The notes beneath the pieces are model-generated. The model was given only the letters and a program-made list of their open reading frames with translations. It did no database searches and had not been told where the DNA came from. Of a DNA stretch of 64,000 bases, positions 28,459 through 38,322 are shown piece by piece (the stretch's first letter is position 1; every line of letters starts with the position of its first letter). The stretch lies in IMG/VR virus record IMGVR_UViG_3300016476_001289, one strand, 5' to 3'. This stretch comes from a virus. The translations under genes were made by a program, and so were the position numbers.

Positions 28459-28493
28459 ATAGGCTTTTCCTTTTTTTATGAGATAGGGAGTTA

Positions 28494-28505
28494 GTGTGTT
28501 TGTAT
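28494..28505 (+). promoter_or_regulatory. 12-bp motif GTRTGTTTGTAT, copy 3
   Basis: GTGTGTTTGTAT-TATAAG in the divergent intergenic region; overlaps the -10 of the minus-strand sigma70 promoter. Confidence 0.45.
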
Positions 28506-28532
28506 TATAAGCACACAGCCTAATGAAGTCAA
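28504..28532 (-). promoter_or_regulatory. sigma70-type promoter TTGACT-N17-TATAAT
   Basis: Near-consensus -35 and perfect -10 with 17-bp spacer, about 45 nt upstream of ATG 28458. Confidence 0.75.
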
Positions 28533-28590
28533 TAATATTTTAATAATTTTTCTATAAGGTAAAGAACTTGTTGATAAGGAGTATATAAAG

Positions 28591-29151
28591 ATGTATGGGT
28601 TTAATCGTAGAATAGCAAAAGCTAATGTGAATCCTATTAGACAGAGAACACAATTTTCATGTGTTGCTGCGTCAACAGCTATGGCATTAAATGCTTTAGG
28701 TGTTAAGTGTACTGAAGATGAGGTGAATGAAGTAATAGGTGCAAGACCAATGACAGGAGCTTCATGGGAGTCTGTATTGGCTTGTGTACAACATTATGGT
28801 TGTAGAGGGACTTTAGTCACCCCTGCAACATTAAAACAAGTTAAAGAATGGACAGATGCAGGTAAACCTGTTCTTATAGGGTGGAATCCTGAAGGTCGTG
28901 AATGGAGTCATGCTTCTTTGATATTTGATGTGGTGGCTAAAGAAGGTGGTGGGTATGATGTATATGTAGCAGACTCAAATATACCTGATCCTGAAGAAAC
29001 CGTAAGAATAGTAGACGGTAAAGAATTTTATAGTAAATGGTATGAAAAATACAATGGCTATTTAATTCGTAGGTCTGCGCTTATGGTAGATAATGAAATT
29101 ACACCTGAAGGTCGTCAAGTAATGGCATCACTTAGAAAGCGTAGATTTTAA
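28591..29151 (+). CDS. C39-like papain-fold cysteine peptidase
   Basis: RQRTQFSCVAAS (Gln and Cys at 28660), WSHAS (His at 28909), VADSN; C39-type spacing. Confidence 0.8.
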   Translation: MYGFNRRIAKANVNPIRQRTQFSCVAASTAMALNALGVKCTEDEVNEVIGARPMTGASWESVLACVQHYGCRGTLVTPATLKQVKEWTDAGKPVLIGWNPEGREWSHASLIFDVVAKEGGGYDVYVADSNIPDPEETVRIVDGKEFYSKWYEKYNGYLIRRSALMVDNEITPEGRQVMASLRKRRF

Positions 29152-29400
29152 GTGAATATATGTGGTTTATTTGTTAAGCCACATAAGAATAAAATTAACT
29201 TAAATAGTGAATTTTGGTTAGTTTTAGATGCTCGAAGTCCAGGTGATGTGCATAACATCATACATTTTACCTCCTTTATAAAATTTATTTTATTTATGAA
29301 AATAGGTGATATAGGAGTCATACACAAAAGAAACCCTTACATCTTTGAAGACTTTGAATCGGCTCAAAAAGAAGCTGAACAAAGGAGAAAAATAAAATGA
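29152..29400 (+). CDS. hypothetical protein
   Basis: 82-aa ORF (GTG start) filling the gap, ATGA overlap downstream. Confidence 0.5.
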   Translation: MNICGLFVKPHKNKINLNSEFWLVLDARSPGDVHNIIHFTSFIKFILFMKIGDIGVIHKRNPYIFEDFESAQKEAEQRRKIK

Positions 29401-30203
29401 GATACAATCGTAGAAGAGCTAGTTTAACACAACCTTTAATGATGAGACATGATTATGGTTCTTATGAATCAGATTTATATGCAGATGAATTAGAAGCAGA
29501 TGAATTATATGCTCGTTTTGAAACAGGTAAGAAAGTAAATGTTCCAAAGTATTTAGAAGAACATGGTAATCCTGAAGCAGCGGAAGCTTGGAAGGGCAAT
29601 GCAGGTAAGATTAAAGAAATCAATGAAGGTAAAGTAAAACCCGTTAAAACATCTAGTTATGTTAGATTAGCTAAATTAAAACAAAGATATTTAACTGCTA
29701 GTAAAGAAGGTAAATTAGCTGATGATTTATTAGGTAGTCTTGATTATGATATATCTATGGAAGATTTATTAAATCAAGCAGATCAATGTGAAGAAATGGC
29801 ATCTTCTTTAGAATCAGCATTAGAATCACAAGATGTAGATACTTTATTAAGTCATGGTGTTATTAGTAGTGATTTAGCATCTGCTGTAAAGAATGGGATT
29901 AGTGCTTTATATGAAGCAACAAATCTAGTAAAAGATAAGATTACAGCATTACAATCTAAAGCATTAGAATGTCGTTCTAAAGCAAGAGGTTTGAGAAGAT
30001 ATGCTTCTGAACAACAAGCTGATGTAGATGGTAATTATATGAGTGTATCACATATAGGTGAAATGCAAGATATGTTAGGTGTCTTAAGTGAAAGAATACA
30101 AAGTGGAATGCCTATGGAAGATTGGGTAGAGAGTAAGATTGCTCATGCTCATCAAATCTTAGGTGATTTAGCATCATATTTCTATTATGGGGGGAATAAA
30201 TAA
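29397..30203 (+). CDS. hypothetical protein (probable head-associated)
   Basis: 268 aa; several R/K-x-A sites (RRRA|S, YLTA|S, GKLA|D, RRYA|S); C-terminal EDWVESKIAHA module. Confidence 0.75.
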   Translation: MRYNRRRASLTQPLMMRHDYGSYESDLYADELEADELYARFETGKKVNVPKYLEEHGNPEAAEAWKGNAGKIKEINEGKVKPVKTSSYVRLAKLKQRYLTASKEGKLADDLLGSLDYDISMEDLLNQADQCEEMASSLESALESQDVDTLLSHGVISSDLASAVKNGISALYEATNLVKDKITALQSKALECRSKARGLRRYASEQQADVDGNYMSVSHIGEMQDMLGVLSERIQSGMPMEDWVESKIAHAHQILGDLASYFYYGGNK

Positions 30204-30205
30204 TC

Positions 30206-30682
30206 ATGTATAATAGAACAGCAATGTTAAATAGAGTTGCTGCTAGTGGTATGTATGGTTTTACTAAAGCTATACAGAACGATGTTAGCACAGCTACTAA
30301 AAAACTTGAAAGATATATGACCGACATAGCAAGAACTTTAGAATTAAAGCATCCTGAAGCTGGGACTTTTTTTAAACATAAAGCAAAAGTAACAGGTTGT
30401 CCATATTCTCAAGCATTAGTTAGGGGGTGTGTTATGTTTGACAAGCCCACTAAATTATATGATGGGGTTTTAGGATTTAAACCTAATTTGGTGAAAGCTT
30501 GTTTAAAGGCTATAAATGACTTAACCTTGAAATCAGGTGAAGTTGCTTGTAATCTTTATAGTAAGAATAGAGATCACATTCCTTTCTTAGAAACCCACTT
30601 ACAAGAAGTGAATTGTCCTTACTCTAAAATGATACTTGAAAGCTATCCCATAGAACTTGCTAAAGAAGTATTAAAAGGATAA
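30206..30682 (+). CDS. hypothetical protein with an internal two-fold repeat
   Basis: GMYGF...GCPYSQAL and GVLGF...NCPYSKMI halves; leader MYNRTA MLNRVAA. Confidence 0.75.
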   Translation: MYNRTAMLNRVAASGMYGFTKAIQNDVSTATKKLERYMTDIARTLELKHPEAGTFFKHKAKVTGCPYSQALVRGCVMFDKPTKLYDGVLGFKPNLVKACLKAINDLTLKSGEVACNLYSKNRDHIPFLETHLQEVNCPYSKMILESYPIELAKEVLKG

Positions 30683-30687
30683 ATAAA

Positions 30688-32766
30688 ATGACATATAAAG
30701 GCACAATAGACGAAGATAAGCAAATAGTTATATCTCGTCCATTAAATGAGATGGATAAAAAACTCATTAGGGTTGCTTATTTGAATCCTGAGATGAGAGT
30801 AGCTACTTTAAGAATAGTAGCCGATGATGCGACAAATAAATTAAAACAATTTGTAGGGGATAAGAAATGGAAGAATCCTGAGACAAATAATTTAATTGGT
30901 TTTGATCGTGTAATAGAATTAGCTTCAAAAGATAAGATGTGGGCAAAGGCTATTTTAAAAGGAGTATCTGAAAACTATAAAAAACAAGAAGCTAGTAAAG
31001 GTGAAAGTGGTGGAGATAGTGATACAGGGGTACAAAATAAAATAGTCAAGAAATTAAAAGGGGATGTAGAAAACGAGATTAAGAAATTTAAGGGTTCAGG
31101 AAAAGACATAACTAATCCTAAGGATAGGGCTGAATTTGAAGCTTATTTAGATGAAAAGCTAGGGCCTGCACAAGAAGAAGCATATAGGGCAAAAGTTAGA
31201 GAAGCTACGGGTTTGGTAGATGAAGAATTTAAGAAAGCATCTGAAGGTTTAATGGGTAAAGGTATGAGAAAAGCTTTGAGTAAAACCTTTGAAGATTTAG
31301 GTTTGCAAAAATTCTCAGACTTGGTGAAGCCTAGAGAGATTCCTAAAGAATTGGGTGAAAAAGCTACAATAGTTGGTGCTGGGATATTAGGACAATTAGG
31401 TTCAGCTCTTATACCTACAGCAGGTGTAGCTAGTCAGGGTGCATTAGCTACTATAGGTTCTTGGTTAGCTAGTGGTGCATCTGCAGTATTATTATCTCCT
31501 TTTATGTTTGCAGCAGGTGCTGCTCTTTCTTATAAAGTCTATAAGAATTATAAAGAGACTCCTGAAGGTGCTGAAAGAGCTAAAATTAAGGCAACCTTTA
31601 ATAAGAAAAAAGAAGAACTCGTAAAAAAATTAGAGAGAGAAAAAAAATACGAAGATATAGGAATAGAAAAAAGCACTATTGATGGGTTAAAAGAATTTTT
31701 TAAAGAAGATAAGTTTGACGATGAAATCTTAGGTGATGATTTAACCATTAAAGAAGTATTGGAACTTTCTGAAAATGGTGATGTTGAAGAAAAACAAAGA
31801 GCAAAAGTCATACTTGAAGAAAAAAAGAAAGATTATTTAGCAGCTAAATACTCTCGTCAAAAATTCTTAATCCAAGAAACAAAAGGCAAAAAATTCCAAA
31901 CTCCTGATGGTAAGAGAATTAGTGTTAAAGAAATGTTGGATCTTGAAGAAAAAGGGGATAGTTGGGCAATAGATAAACTTAAAGATTTAAGACATACTAT
32001 TGAAGGACCAGAAGAAGAAGAAAAAGAAGAAGATAATGAATCAAGTAGTATGTTAATTTCTAATAACGATGTAGATAGATATAGAAATATGTCTGTTCAA
32101 AATCTTGATCAAGAAATGGCGAATTCAAGTTTTGAAGAGATCGAAAGAATGGAAAGACAATTAGCAGATTTATCTGAACCTGAACCAAAACCTACTAGAA
32201 CCCCTAAAACCACTAAAAAGAAAAGAAGAACAAGAAAGAACATAGATACGGGTATTACATCTGAGGATGCTAAAGTAGTTTTAGAAGCTATGGGTAAAAT
32301 TAGAAAAGACCAAGAAAATATGGAGAATAAATACAAGAATGAGACTTTCACTAATCCTGATGGTAAAAGCATTGCTTTCAATACATTGAAAAAATACTTT
32401 GGAGATAAAGACCACAAGCATCATGATTGGGCTGAAGGAGAATGGAAGAAATTAAAACAGAGCATGAAGAAAATGGGTGCTGAGAAAAAAGACCAAGATA
32501 AAGAAATGGACAAGATAGTTAAAGAGAAATTTGAAAGTGCTTTAACTATTGATCCAAGTGTAATAGAACTTTTTAAAGCAATTAGCACGGATGGTAAATT
32601 TGACCAAAAGAAATTAGATGAAGTTATGAAAGGCATTTCAGAATTATCTAAAGAATTTAATTCTGGAGAAAAGAAAAAAGCAAGTATGGATAGAGCATCT
32701 CTAATTAAACTTGCCTACCATAACCCCGATATGAGAAGCGAAATCCTAAAATTATTGATTAAATAA
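30688..32766 (+). CDS. large charged protein with tag motifs at both ends (probable internal head/ejected protein)
   Basis: LIRVAYLNP at N-terminus, LIKLAYHNP at C-terminus, central hydrophobic Gly/Ala segment. Confidence 0.8.
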   Translation: MTYKGTIDEDKQIVISRPLNEMDKKLIRVAYLNPEMRVATLRIVADDATNKLKQFVGDKKWKNPETNNLIGFDRVIELASKDKMWAKAILKGVSENYKKQEASKGESGGDSDTGVQNKIVKKLKGDVENEIKKFKGSGKDITNPKDRAEFEAYLDEKLGPAQEEAYRAKVREATGLVDEEFKKASEGLMGKGMRKALSKTFEDLGLQKFSDLVKPREIPKELGEKATIVGAGILGQLGSALIPTAGVASQGALATIGSWLASGASAVLLSPFMFAAGAALSYKVYKNYKETPEGAERAKIKATFNKKKEELVKKLEREKKYEDIGIEKSTIDGLKEFFKEDKFDDEILGDDLTIKEVLELSENGDVEEKQRAKVILEEKKKDYLAAKYSRQKFLIQETKGKKFQTPDGKRISVKEMLDLEEKGDSWAIDKLKDLRHTIEGPEEEEKEEDNESSSMLISNNDVDRYRNMSVQNLDQEMANSSFEEIERMERQLADLSEPEPKPTRTPKTTKKKRRTRKNIDTGITSEDAKVVLEAMGKIRKDQENMENKYKNETFTNPDGKSIAFNTLKKYFGDKDHKHHDWAEGEWKKLKQSMKKMGAEKKDQDKEMDKIVKEKFESALTIDPSVIELFKAISTDGKFDQKKLDEVMKGISELSKEFNSGEKKKASMDRASLIKLAYHNPDMRSEILKLLIK

Positions 32767-32812
32767 ACTTTCTATATTCATACTTGTATAAAGATAGTAT
32801 GTATATAGGAAG
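32764..32812 (+). promoter_or_regulatory. late-promoter motif inside a 16-bp hairpin covering the SD
   Basis: CTTTCTATAT-T-CATACT / loop TGTATAAAGAT / AGTATG-T-ATATAGGAAG; TAAA-CTTT-CTAT in the 5' arm, TATAAA in the loop. Confidence 0.6.
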
Positions 32813-32818
32813 GTCTTT

Positions 32819-35800
32819 ATGAACGACATTAAAAAATCACTTATTAAAATTGCTTATACTAACCCTAATTTAAGAAAAGATATTATTGAGATCACTCAAA
32901 AATCAGAAAACAAAGAACAATTTATAAAAGGTATTATTAAACTTGCTTACCATAATCCTGAAATTAGAGAAGATGCTTTAGTTTTCTTAAAAGAAGCAGG
33001 TTCAGGTAAACAAGAAAAAAGACTCAATAAGTCTTTTTCTGAAGGTAATGCAATGGGTGGGAAGTATAATAAAAACAAATCAGAACAAAAGCCTAAATCA
33101 GATATACCTGTTAGTATTTACAACTCAGCTAAAAACAACACATATAGTAATATTAATCTTAAAGACTATGTAGACAAAGAATTAAATGGTAAAACTTTAC
33201 CTAACCCTGCTCTAAAAAAGAATCCTAATGCTAAAAAAGAAGTAGCAATATCGACTATTTTTAACCATATCACTAAAAAAGATGAATTTGCTGAAGATGC
33301 AAAACAAATAATACAACCTTATCTTGAAGCTATTGTGAAACAATACGAATCTGATACAGGTGAAAAAGGTGAAAGTAAAGGAAAAGAACAACAAGTAGAA
33401 CAAGGTCAACCACAACAACCTACTGTTGAAGGTTCACCTAAATCGGTGGTTGAACAAACTAATCAAAAATTAGAAGAAGAACTAGATACTAAAGCAGACA
33501 AGATTGTTGATTTACCCGAAGAACAACAAGAACAAGAAATAGAAGAAGTCGCTTATGGAACATTAGAAAGTACGGTTTCTAATGTGTTTGATAGCTTAGG
33601 TGTTCCTAATGCTAAAGAAGTAGGTGAAAGTGTAATACAAGGTAGAAAAGAAGATAGAGAAGAAGATAAAAGAATAGAAAAAGAGAAACAAGAAATAGAA
33701 AACCAAATAAAAGAAGATCGTAATCATGGAATAAAAGAAACAATAGATGAAGTTGAGCATATAGACTTTGAAACTATGATGCCTGATCTATTTAATAATA
33801 TAGATAAAGACATAAAATGGAATGATGATGAAGATTACTTAAAAGATGATGCTTATCCTCAAAAATTCTTAGATCTCTCTGATGTTATTCTTTCCGACCC
33901 CACAAAAGAGAATATTATAGATGGTATAAATCATCTTCCTGAACCTATACAAAGAGAACTTGTAGAAGACCTAAAAGAAAATGGGGTAGATAAAAAAACT
34001 TTGGGGTTTCTTTCAATTACTTTTAAAGTCCTCTCAGAATCAGTTGGAGAGACTTTTTCTCATATGAAAGGAATATTTCATTCTATTAAAGATGGGTTTT
34101 CTTTTCCTGAGTTAATGTTTGATGATGATAAAATAGCTAAAGCAGATGCTTATTTAAGAGAAAGAGGTCTTCAATATAATGATAGTTATTTATTAGGAGA
34201 GAAAAGAGAAGAAACAATTAAAGCATTAAAAGAATTTCAAAGCTTAGATAAAACAAAAAATATGTTTCAAAAAGATTTACCTAAAGGTACAAGTACTCCT
34301 ATGCTTCCAAGTGTGGTGAAAGAGATAGCTAGTCTCAGAGGTAATATAAAAGATGATGATTTTAAAAAATTAGTGTCTTTAACTTTAGGTGGAGATGGCA
34401 AAAATATAACAGAAGAAATCCAAAATGGGTATACAGGTAACGCAGAAGACTTTAAAAAAGAATTTGAAAAACACAAAGATCTAATGGATAAGGCTAAAAA
34501 ACTAGGTGTTGATTTTGAAGGTCTTTCTAAAGATGAATCAAAGAAAGAAGCTTTAAATAAAGCAAATGACTTCCTAAAAGATAAAAACATCAACAATTCT
34601 TTAAAAAAAGAGATAGCAAAGAATTTTATGGAAGGGAAAATATCGGATAAAGATACAGAATTACTAGATAGGGTGTTAAAGAGAGAATTATCACCCGAAG
34701 ACAAGTTAATTGTAGATAAGCAAGATACGATGCTAGATAGTTTTAAGAAATTAAAACAAAATAGAGATAAGAAAGAACAAATTAAAGAATTTGCTAAGAC
34801 TCAAAATTATAAAGACGAAACTCTATTTAATGCACCATCTATCTCTTATGATGCCATAGTAGAAATGTCTAAGTCTAAAGACCCTGATGATAGCGAGTGG
34901 GCTAAAAAGAAATTAAAACAAATAGAAAAAGACTATGACAAAGATATAGAAGATAAAGCTCGTACGACACAAAAAGAAAGAGAAAATATAGAAGCTTTAT
35001 TTAAACCTGAATCGGAAGGTGGAAAACCACTCAAAATTAAAGATGAACATGGAAATAAATATACCATAGAAGAAATATATGATATGGCAGATGACCCCTC
35101 TGACCCTAAGAAACAATCCTGGGCTTCTAAGCAATTAAGTGATATTAAAAAATCTATGTCTGGAGAATTAGATGCTTCGGAATCTGAAATGAAAGAAGAA
35201 AAGCATAAAGAATTGAAAAAAGACAAAGAAGATTTAATCAAATCACATGAAGATAATAAAAGAAATTTAATAGTAAAGCATACACAAAAGCTACAAGAAG
35301 TACAAAAAGACTATGATGATAAAAGAAAGAATATAGAAGATAGCACAAACAATGATATTAAAATTAAGACCAATGAAATTAATGAAGGTTTAAGAGATAA
35401 GAGAATGGAATCCGACTCTGAGATACATGAGATTCTTAAGAATAATGGATTTGACTATGAAGATAAAAAACAAAAGATAAATGAAGATTATGAAAGTGAG
35501 ATAGCAGGGGCAATTGGAGATGGTGAGAAGCAAAAAGAAATTACAGATAAAAGAGAAAAAGCTTTAAGTGCATTAGATAAAGAGAAAAAAGATAAAATCA
35601 AAGCTATACCTGAAGCTAAGACGATAGAAGATGGGTATGTTGCACATGAAAAAGCTAAAAAAGGTGTTCTTCAAAGAGCAATAAATAAAAAGAATAAAGC
35701 TAAAGAAGATGCACTAAAACAATTAAAAGATGAACATGAATCTACTGTAAAGAACGAAGAAGATAAACATAAAGTAGATATTAATACCGAAGAGCACAAG

Positions 35801-36766
35801 CATAAAAAGAAAGTAAATGAAATAAGCAAAGGATTAGGTGAAAAAGTAGAAGATGATGAAGACTATTCTGATGATGAAAAAAAGATTCTTTCTAATATAC
35901 CTAATAAAAAGAGAACAGAACTACAAAATAATATGCAAAAGCATTTTGAAAATTTAGACTTTGAAGATTTAGACGATGACGAATTAGAAGATGAAACAGA
36001 AAGTTTTGTGAAGAAGAATAAAAAGCTTTTTAAAGGTATGGATTCACCTGAAGCCGTACTTGCTGCTAAGATCTTACTAAGAAACTATAAAGAACCAAGT
36101 AAAGAGAAATCTTCACCTAAGAAGACTAAGGGTAAAGGTACGAGTAATAGTACTAGTAAAGCAGAAACATCTCACGAAGATGAAAGTATGACACAATATT
36201 TTTCAGGTAAGAAATTCCCTGTAACACAGAAATTAAGCAATGGTAAAGAAGTAAAACACGAACTAGAGTTTAAAAGTTTATTAGCTTCCTATAGAAAAGC
36301 AAAATCTAAAGATAATATGTTTAGTAAAGAATATAGTGATCAAGTGATAAAATTATATGAAGATGCTAAAAAAGAATATGAAACATCTAAAAAGAATAAA
36401 AGAGCAAGTATGAATCTTACTTCTAAAGATGATAAGAAAGAAAAAATTAAACAAAAGATAAGAGAAATGAGTAAATTTGAGGAGAAAGACTTTGAAGAAC
36501 TTAAACCTTATTTTGATGATAATTTAAAATTTGATAAAGAGAGATACTTAGAAGATAAGAAAAAACAAAGGAAAGAAAAGAGTAAAGAATTAGAGGAACA
36601 TAGAAACAATTATGAATTGAAAAAGACTAAAGCAGAAGTACAGAAATTGAAAAAACAAATGTTAATGATGTCTTTTGGTAAAAAAGCATATATTAAAAAC
36701 CAATTAGTAAAAATTGCTCTATCTTCAAGAGAAGAAATTAAGAATCTAATTCTCCCACTTATTTAA
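32819..36766 (+). CDS. very large K/E/D-rich protein with tag motifs (probable internal head/ejected protein)
   Basis: 1315 aa; LIKIAYTNP and IIKLAYHNP at N-terminus, LVKIALSS at C-terminus. Confidence 0.8.
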   Translation: MNDIKKSLIKIAYTNPNLRKDIIEITQKSENKEQFIKGIIKLAYHNPEIREDALVFLKEAGSGKQEKRLNKSFSEGNAMGGKYNKNKSEQKPKSDIPVSIYNSAKNNTYSNINLKDYVDKELNGKTLPNPALKKNPNAKKEVAISTIFNHITKKDEFAEDAKQIIQPYLEAIVKQYESDTGEKGESKGKEQQVEQGQPQQPTVEGSPKSVVEQTNQKLEEELDTKADKIVDLPEEQQEQEIEEVAYGTLESTVSNVFDSLGVPNAKEVGESVIQGRKEDREEDKRIEKEKQEIENQIKEDRNHGIKETIDEVEHIDFETMMPDLFNNIDKDIKWNDDEDYLKDDAYPQKFLDLSDVILSDPTKENIIDGINHLPEPIQRELVEDLKENGVDKKTLGFLSITFKVLSESVGETFSHMKGIFHSIKDGFSFPELMFDDDKIAKADAYLRERGLQYNDSYLLGEKREETIKALKEFQSLDKTKNMFQKDLPKGTSTPMLPSVVKEIASLRGNIKDDDFKKLVSLTLGGDGKNITEEIQNGYTGNAEDFKKEFEKHKDLMDKAKKLGVDFEGLSKDESKKEALNKANDFLKDKNINNSLKKEIAKNFMEGKISDKDTELLDRVLKRELSPEDKLIVDKQDTMLDSFKKLKQNRDKKEQIKEFAKTQNYKDETLFNAPSISYDAIVEMSKSKDPDDSEWAKKKLKQIEKDYDKDIEDKARTTQKERENIEALFKPESEGGKPLKIKDEHGNKYTIEEIYDMADDPSDPKKQSWASKQLSDIKKSMSGELDASESEMKEEKHKELKKDKEDLIKSHEDNKRNLIVKHTQKLQEVQKDYDDKRKNIEDSTNNDIKIKTNEINEGLRDKRMESDSEIHEILKNNGFDYEDKKQKINEDYESEIAGAIGDGEKQKEITDKREKALSALDKEKKDKIKAIPEAKTIEDGYVAHEKAKKGVLQRAINKKNKAKEDALKQLKDEHESTVKNEEDKHKVDINTEEHKHKKKVNEISKGLGEKVEDDEDYSDDEKKILSNIPNKKRTELQNNMQKHFENLDFEDLDDDELEDETESFVKKNKKLFKGMDSPEAVLAAKILLRNYKEPSKEKSSPKKTKGKGTSNSTSKAETSHEDESMTQYFSGKKFPVTQKLSNGKEVKHELEFKSLLASYRKAKSKDNMFSKEYSDQVIKLYEDAKKEYETSKKNKRASMNLTSKDDKKEKIKQKIREMSKFEEKDFEELKPYFDDNLKFDKERYLEDKKKQRKEKSKELEEHRNNYELKKTKAEVQKLKKQMLMMSFGKKAYIKNQLVKIALSSREEIKNLILPLI

Positions 36767-36804
36767 TTTTTCATTTATAGGATTCTTATTTATGTATTCA
36801 AAAA

Positions 36805-38223
36805 ATGAGGATTATGATGAGAGTAATAGCTAAAGAACGATCAGATGATGAAAAAAAAGAGATTTATGACAAATGGCATGATCTTATTAATATGTCTGAG
36901 AAAGAATTAGTCGAATGGGGTAAGAACCCCGACCATCTTGAAGCTTCTTTGAATAGAGAAGAAGCTAAAGACAATGGGAAAATACAATCAGGATATGACT
37001 CATTCCATAGAATTAAAAGAAGAAAAGATAAACCCTTTGAAGATTGGACAGCTCAAGATTTTGACAATGCTAGTCAAGAGAATGGGTTTAATGGTCGTAT
37101 GCTTGGTGGCAATCCTGGTAAAACTGTAGGTTCAACTGGCATGAGTAAATGGGAAATCTCATTAAGAAATTGGGGACATGATCCTAGTAAACCTAATAGT
37201 CCTTCATATAAAAAATGGAAAAAATGGAAGAAAGAAAACGAGGAAGAAATTAAAATGAGTCTAGCTAAGAAAAAGAAAGCAAATCTAATATCCGATTTGT
37301 ATCAAATGAGTTTTAAAGTTAAAGGTGGTGAGAAACTAAGACAAGCTTGTTTAATGTGTTTAAACACTAAAAAAGCTAATGCTATGGTTATTACACCCGA
37401 GTTAATTGACTCATTACCTGAAGATAAACAAGAAAAATTAAAATTTGATGTTTTAGTTGCTCACTTAGATCAAGTAAAGAAAGACATAAATTCTCAAATA
37501 GGTATGAGTATAGATATTATTAAGTCTTACTTACAAGATAAAGGTCTTTTTAATGGTAAAAATCTTTTAAGTATGGGGCTTAAAAAGCCTATTAATATTC
37601 TAGAACAAAAAACTATTCAAATCTTAAATTCTTTTGCAGATAAAAAAGACCCTTATTCTTTATTGAAATTTACAAGTGCTTTAATTGCAGCAGACACACC
37701 TGAAGAAGTAGCTACCTTAATCAAATTGCCTGTTTCTGAAATACAAAAAGAAATACCACTAAACAACTTAGGTGAGAAAAGTGAAAAAGGGGTTTCTATT
37801 ATTATGGGTATGGATGAACTAAAATTTTTTGCTGTTAATTGCTCTCTAAGTTTACTTAAAGTAGTCTTAATACAAGTAGTGTTTTTAGGTGCTACTATAG
37901 GTGGTGCTTTAATGCACCTAGTTCCTGTCCTTGTTGTTATTCTATTAATGGCTATCTTAACCGATTCTAAAACAACAGCTAATTTCTTAAAAAAAATGAG
38001 TATTGCTAGTACTGTTATTCCTTCGGTTCTTATTGCTAGATTAATCCCACACCTTAAACTAGCTTACAATAAAATATCCGATGTCTTAGGTGAAGCTTAT
38101 ACATGGGCTAAAGATAAAACTAAGTCTTTGTTTAATAGTAAACAAGCTGTTCTTAGAGAAGCTATTAAACTAGCTTCTTCTAATCCTATATTTTATAGAA
38201 TGCTTGAAGAAAGACTATGCTAA
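36805..38223 (+). CDS. DUF3140-like domain fused to a membrane segment, with tag motif
   Basis: WHDLINMS.KEL..W and WEISLRNWGHDP match DUF3140; C-terminal hydrophobic helices; AIKLASSNP tail. Start may be 36814. Confidence 0.75.
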   Translation: MRIMMRVIAKERSDDEKKEIYDKWHDLINMSEKELVEWGKNPDHLEASLNREEAKDNGKIQSGYDSFHRIKRRKDKPFEDWTAQDFDNASQENGFNGRMLGGNPGKTVGSTGMSKWEISLRNWGHDPSKPNSPSYKKWKKWKKENEEEIKMSLAKKKKANLISDLYQMSFKVKGGEKLRQACLMCLNTKKANAMVITPELIDSLPEDKQEKLKFDVLVAHLDQVKKDINSQIGMSIDIIKSYLQDKGLFNGKNLLSMGLKKPINILEQKTIQILNSFADKKDPYSLLKFTSALIAADTPEEVATLIKLPVSEIQKEIPLNNLGEKSEKGVSIIMGMDELKFFAVNCSLSLLKVVLIQVVFLGATIGGALMHLVPVLVVILLMAILTDSKTTANFLKKMSIASTVIPSVLIARLIPHLKLAYNKISDVLGEAYTWAKDKTKSLFNSKQAVLREAIKLASSNPIFYRMLEERLC

Positions 38224-38322
38224 ATTAAGGATAGAAACCACTTATAATTTAATAGAGGTGAACCTAAAATTTTATTTTCTCTATTATTAAACCTATACTA
38301 AGATACATAGGAGTTAATAATA

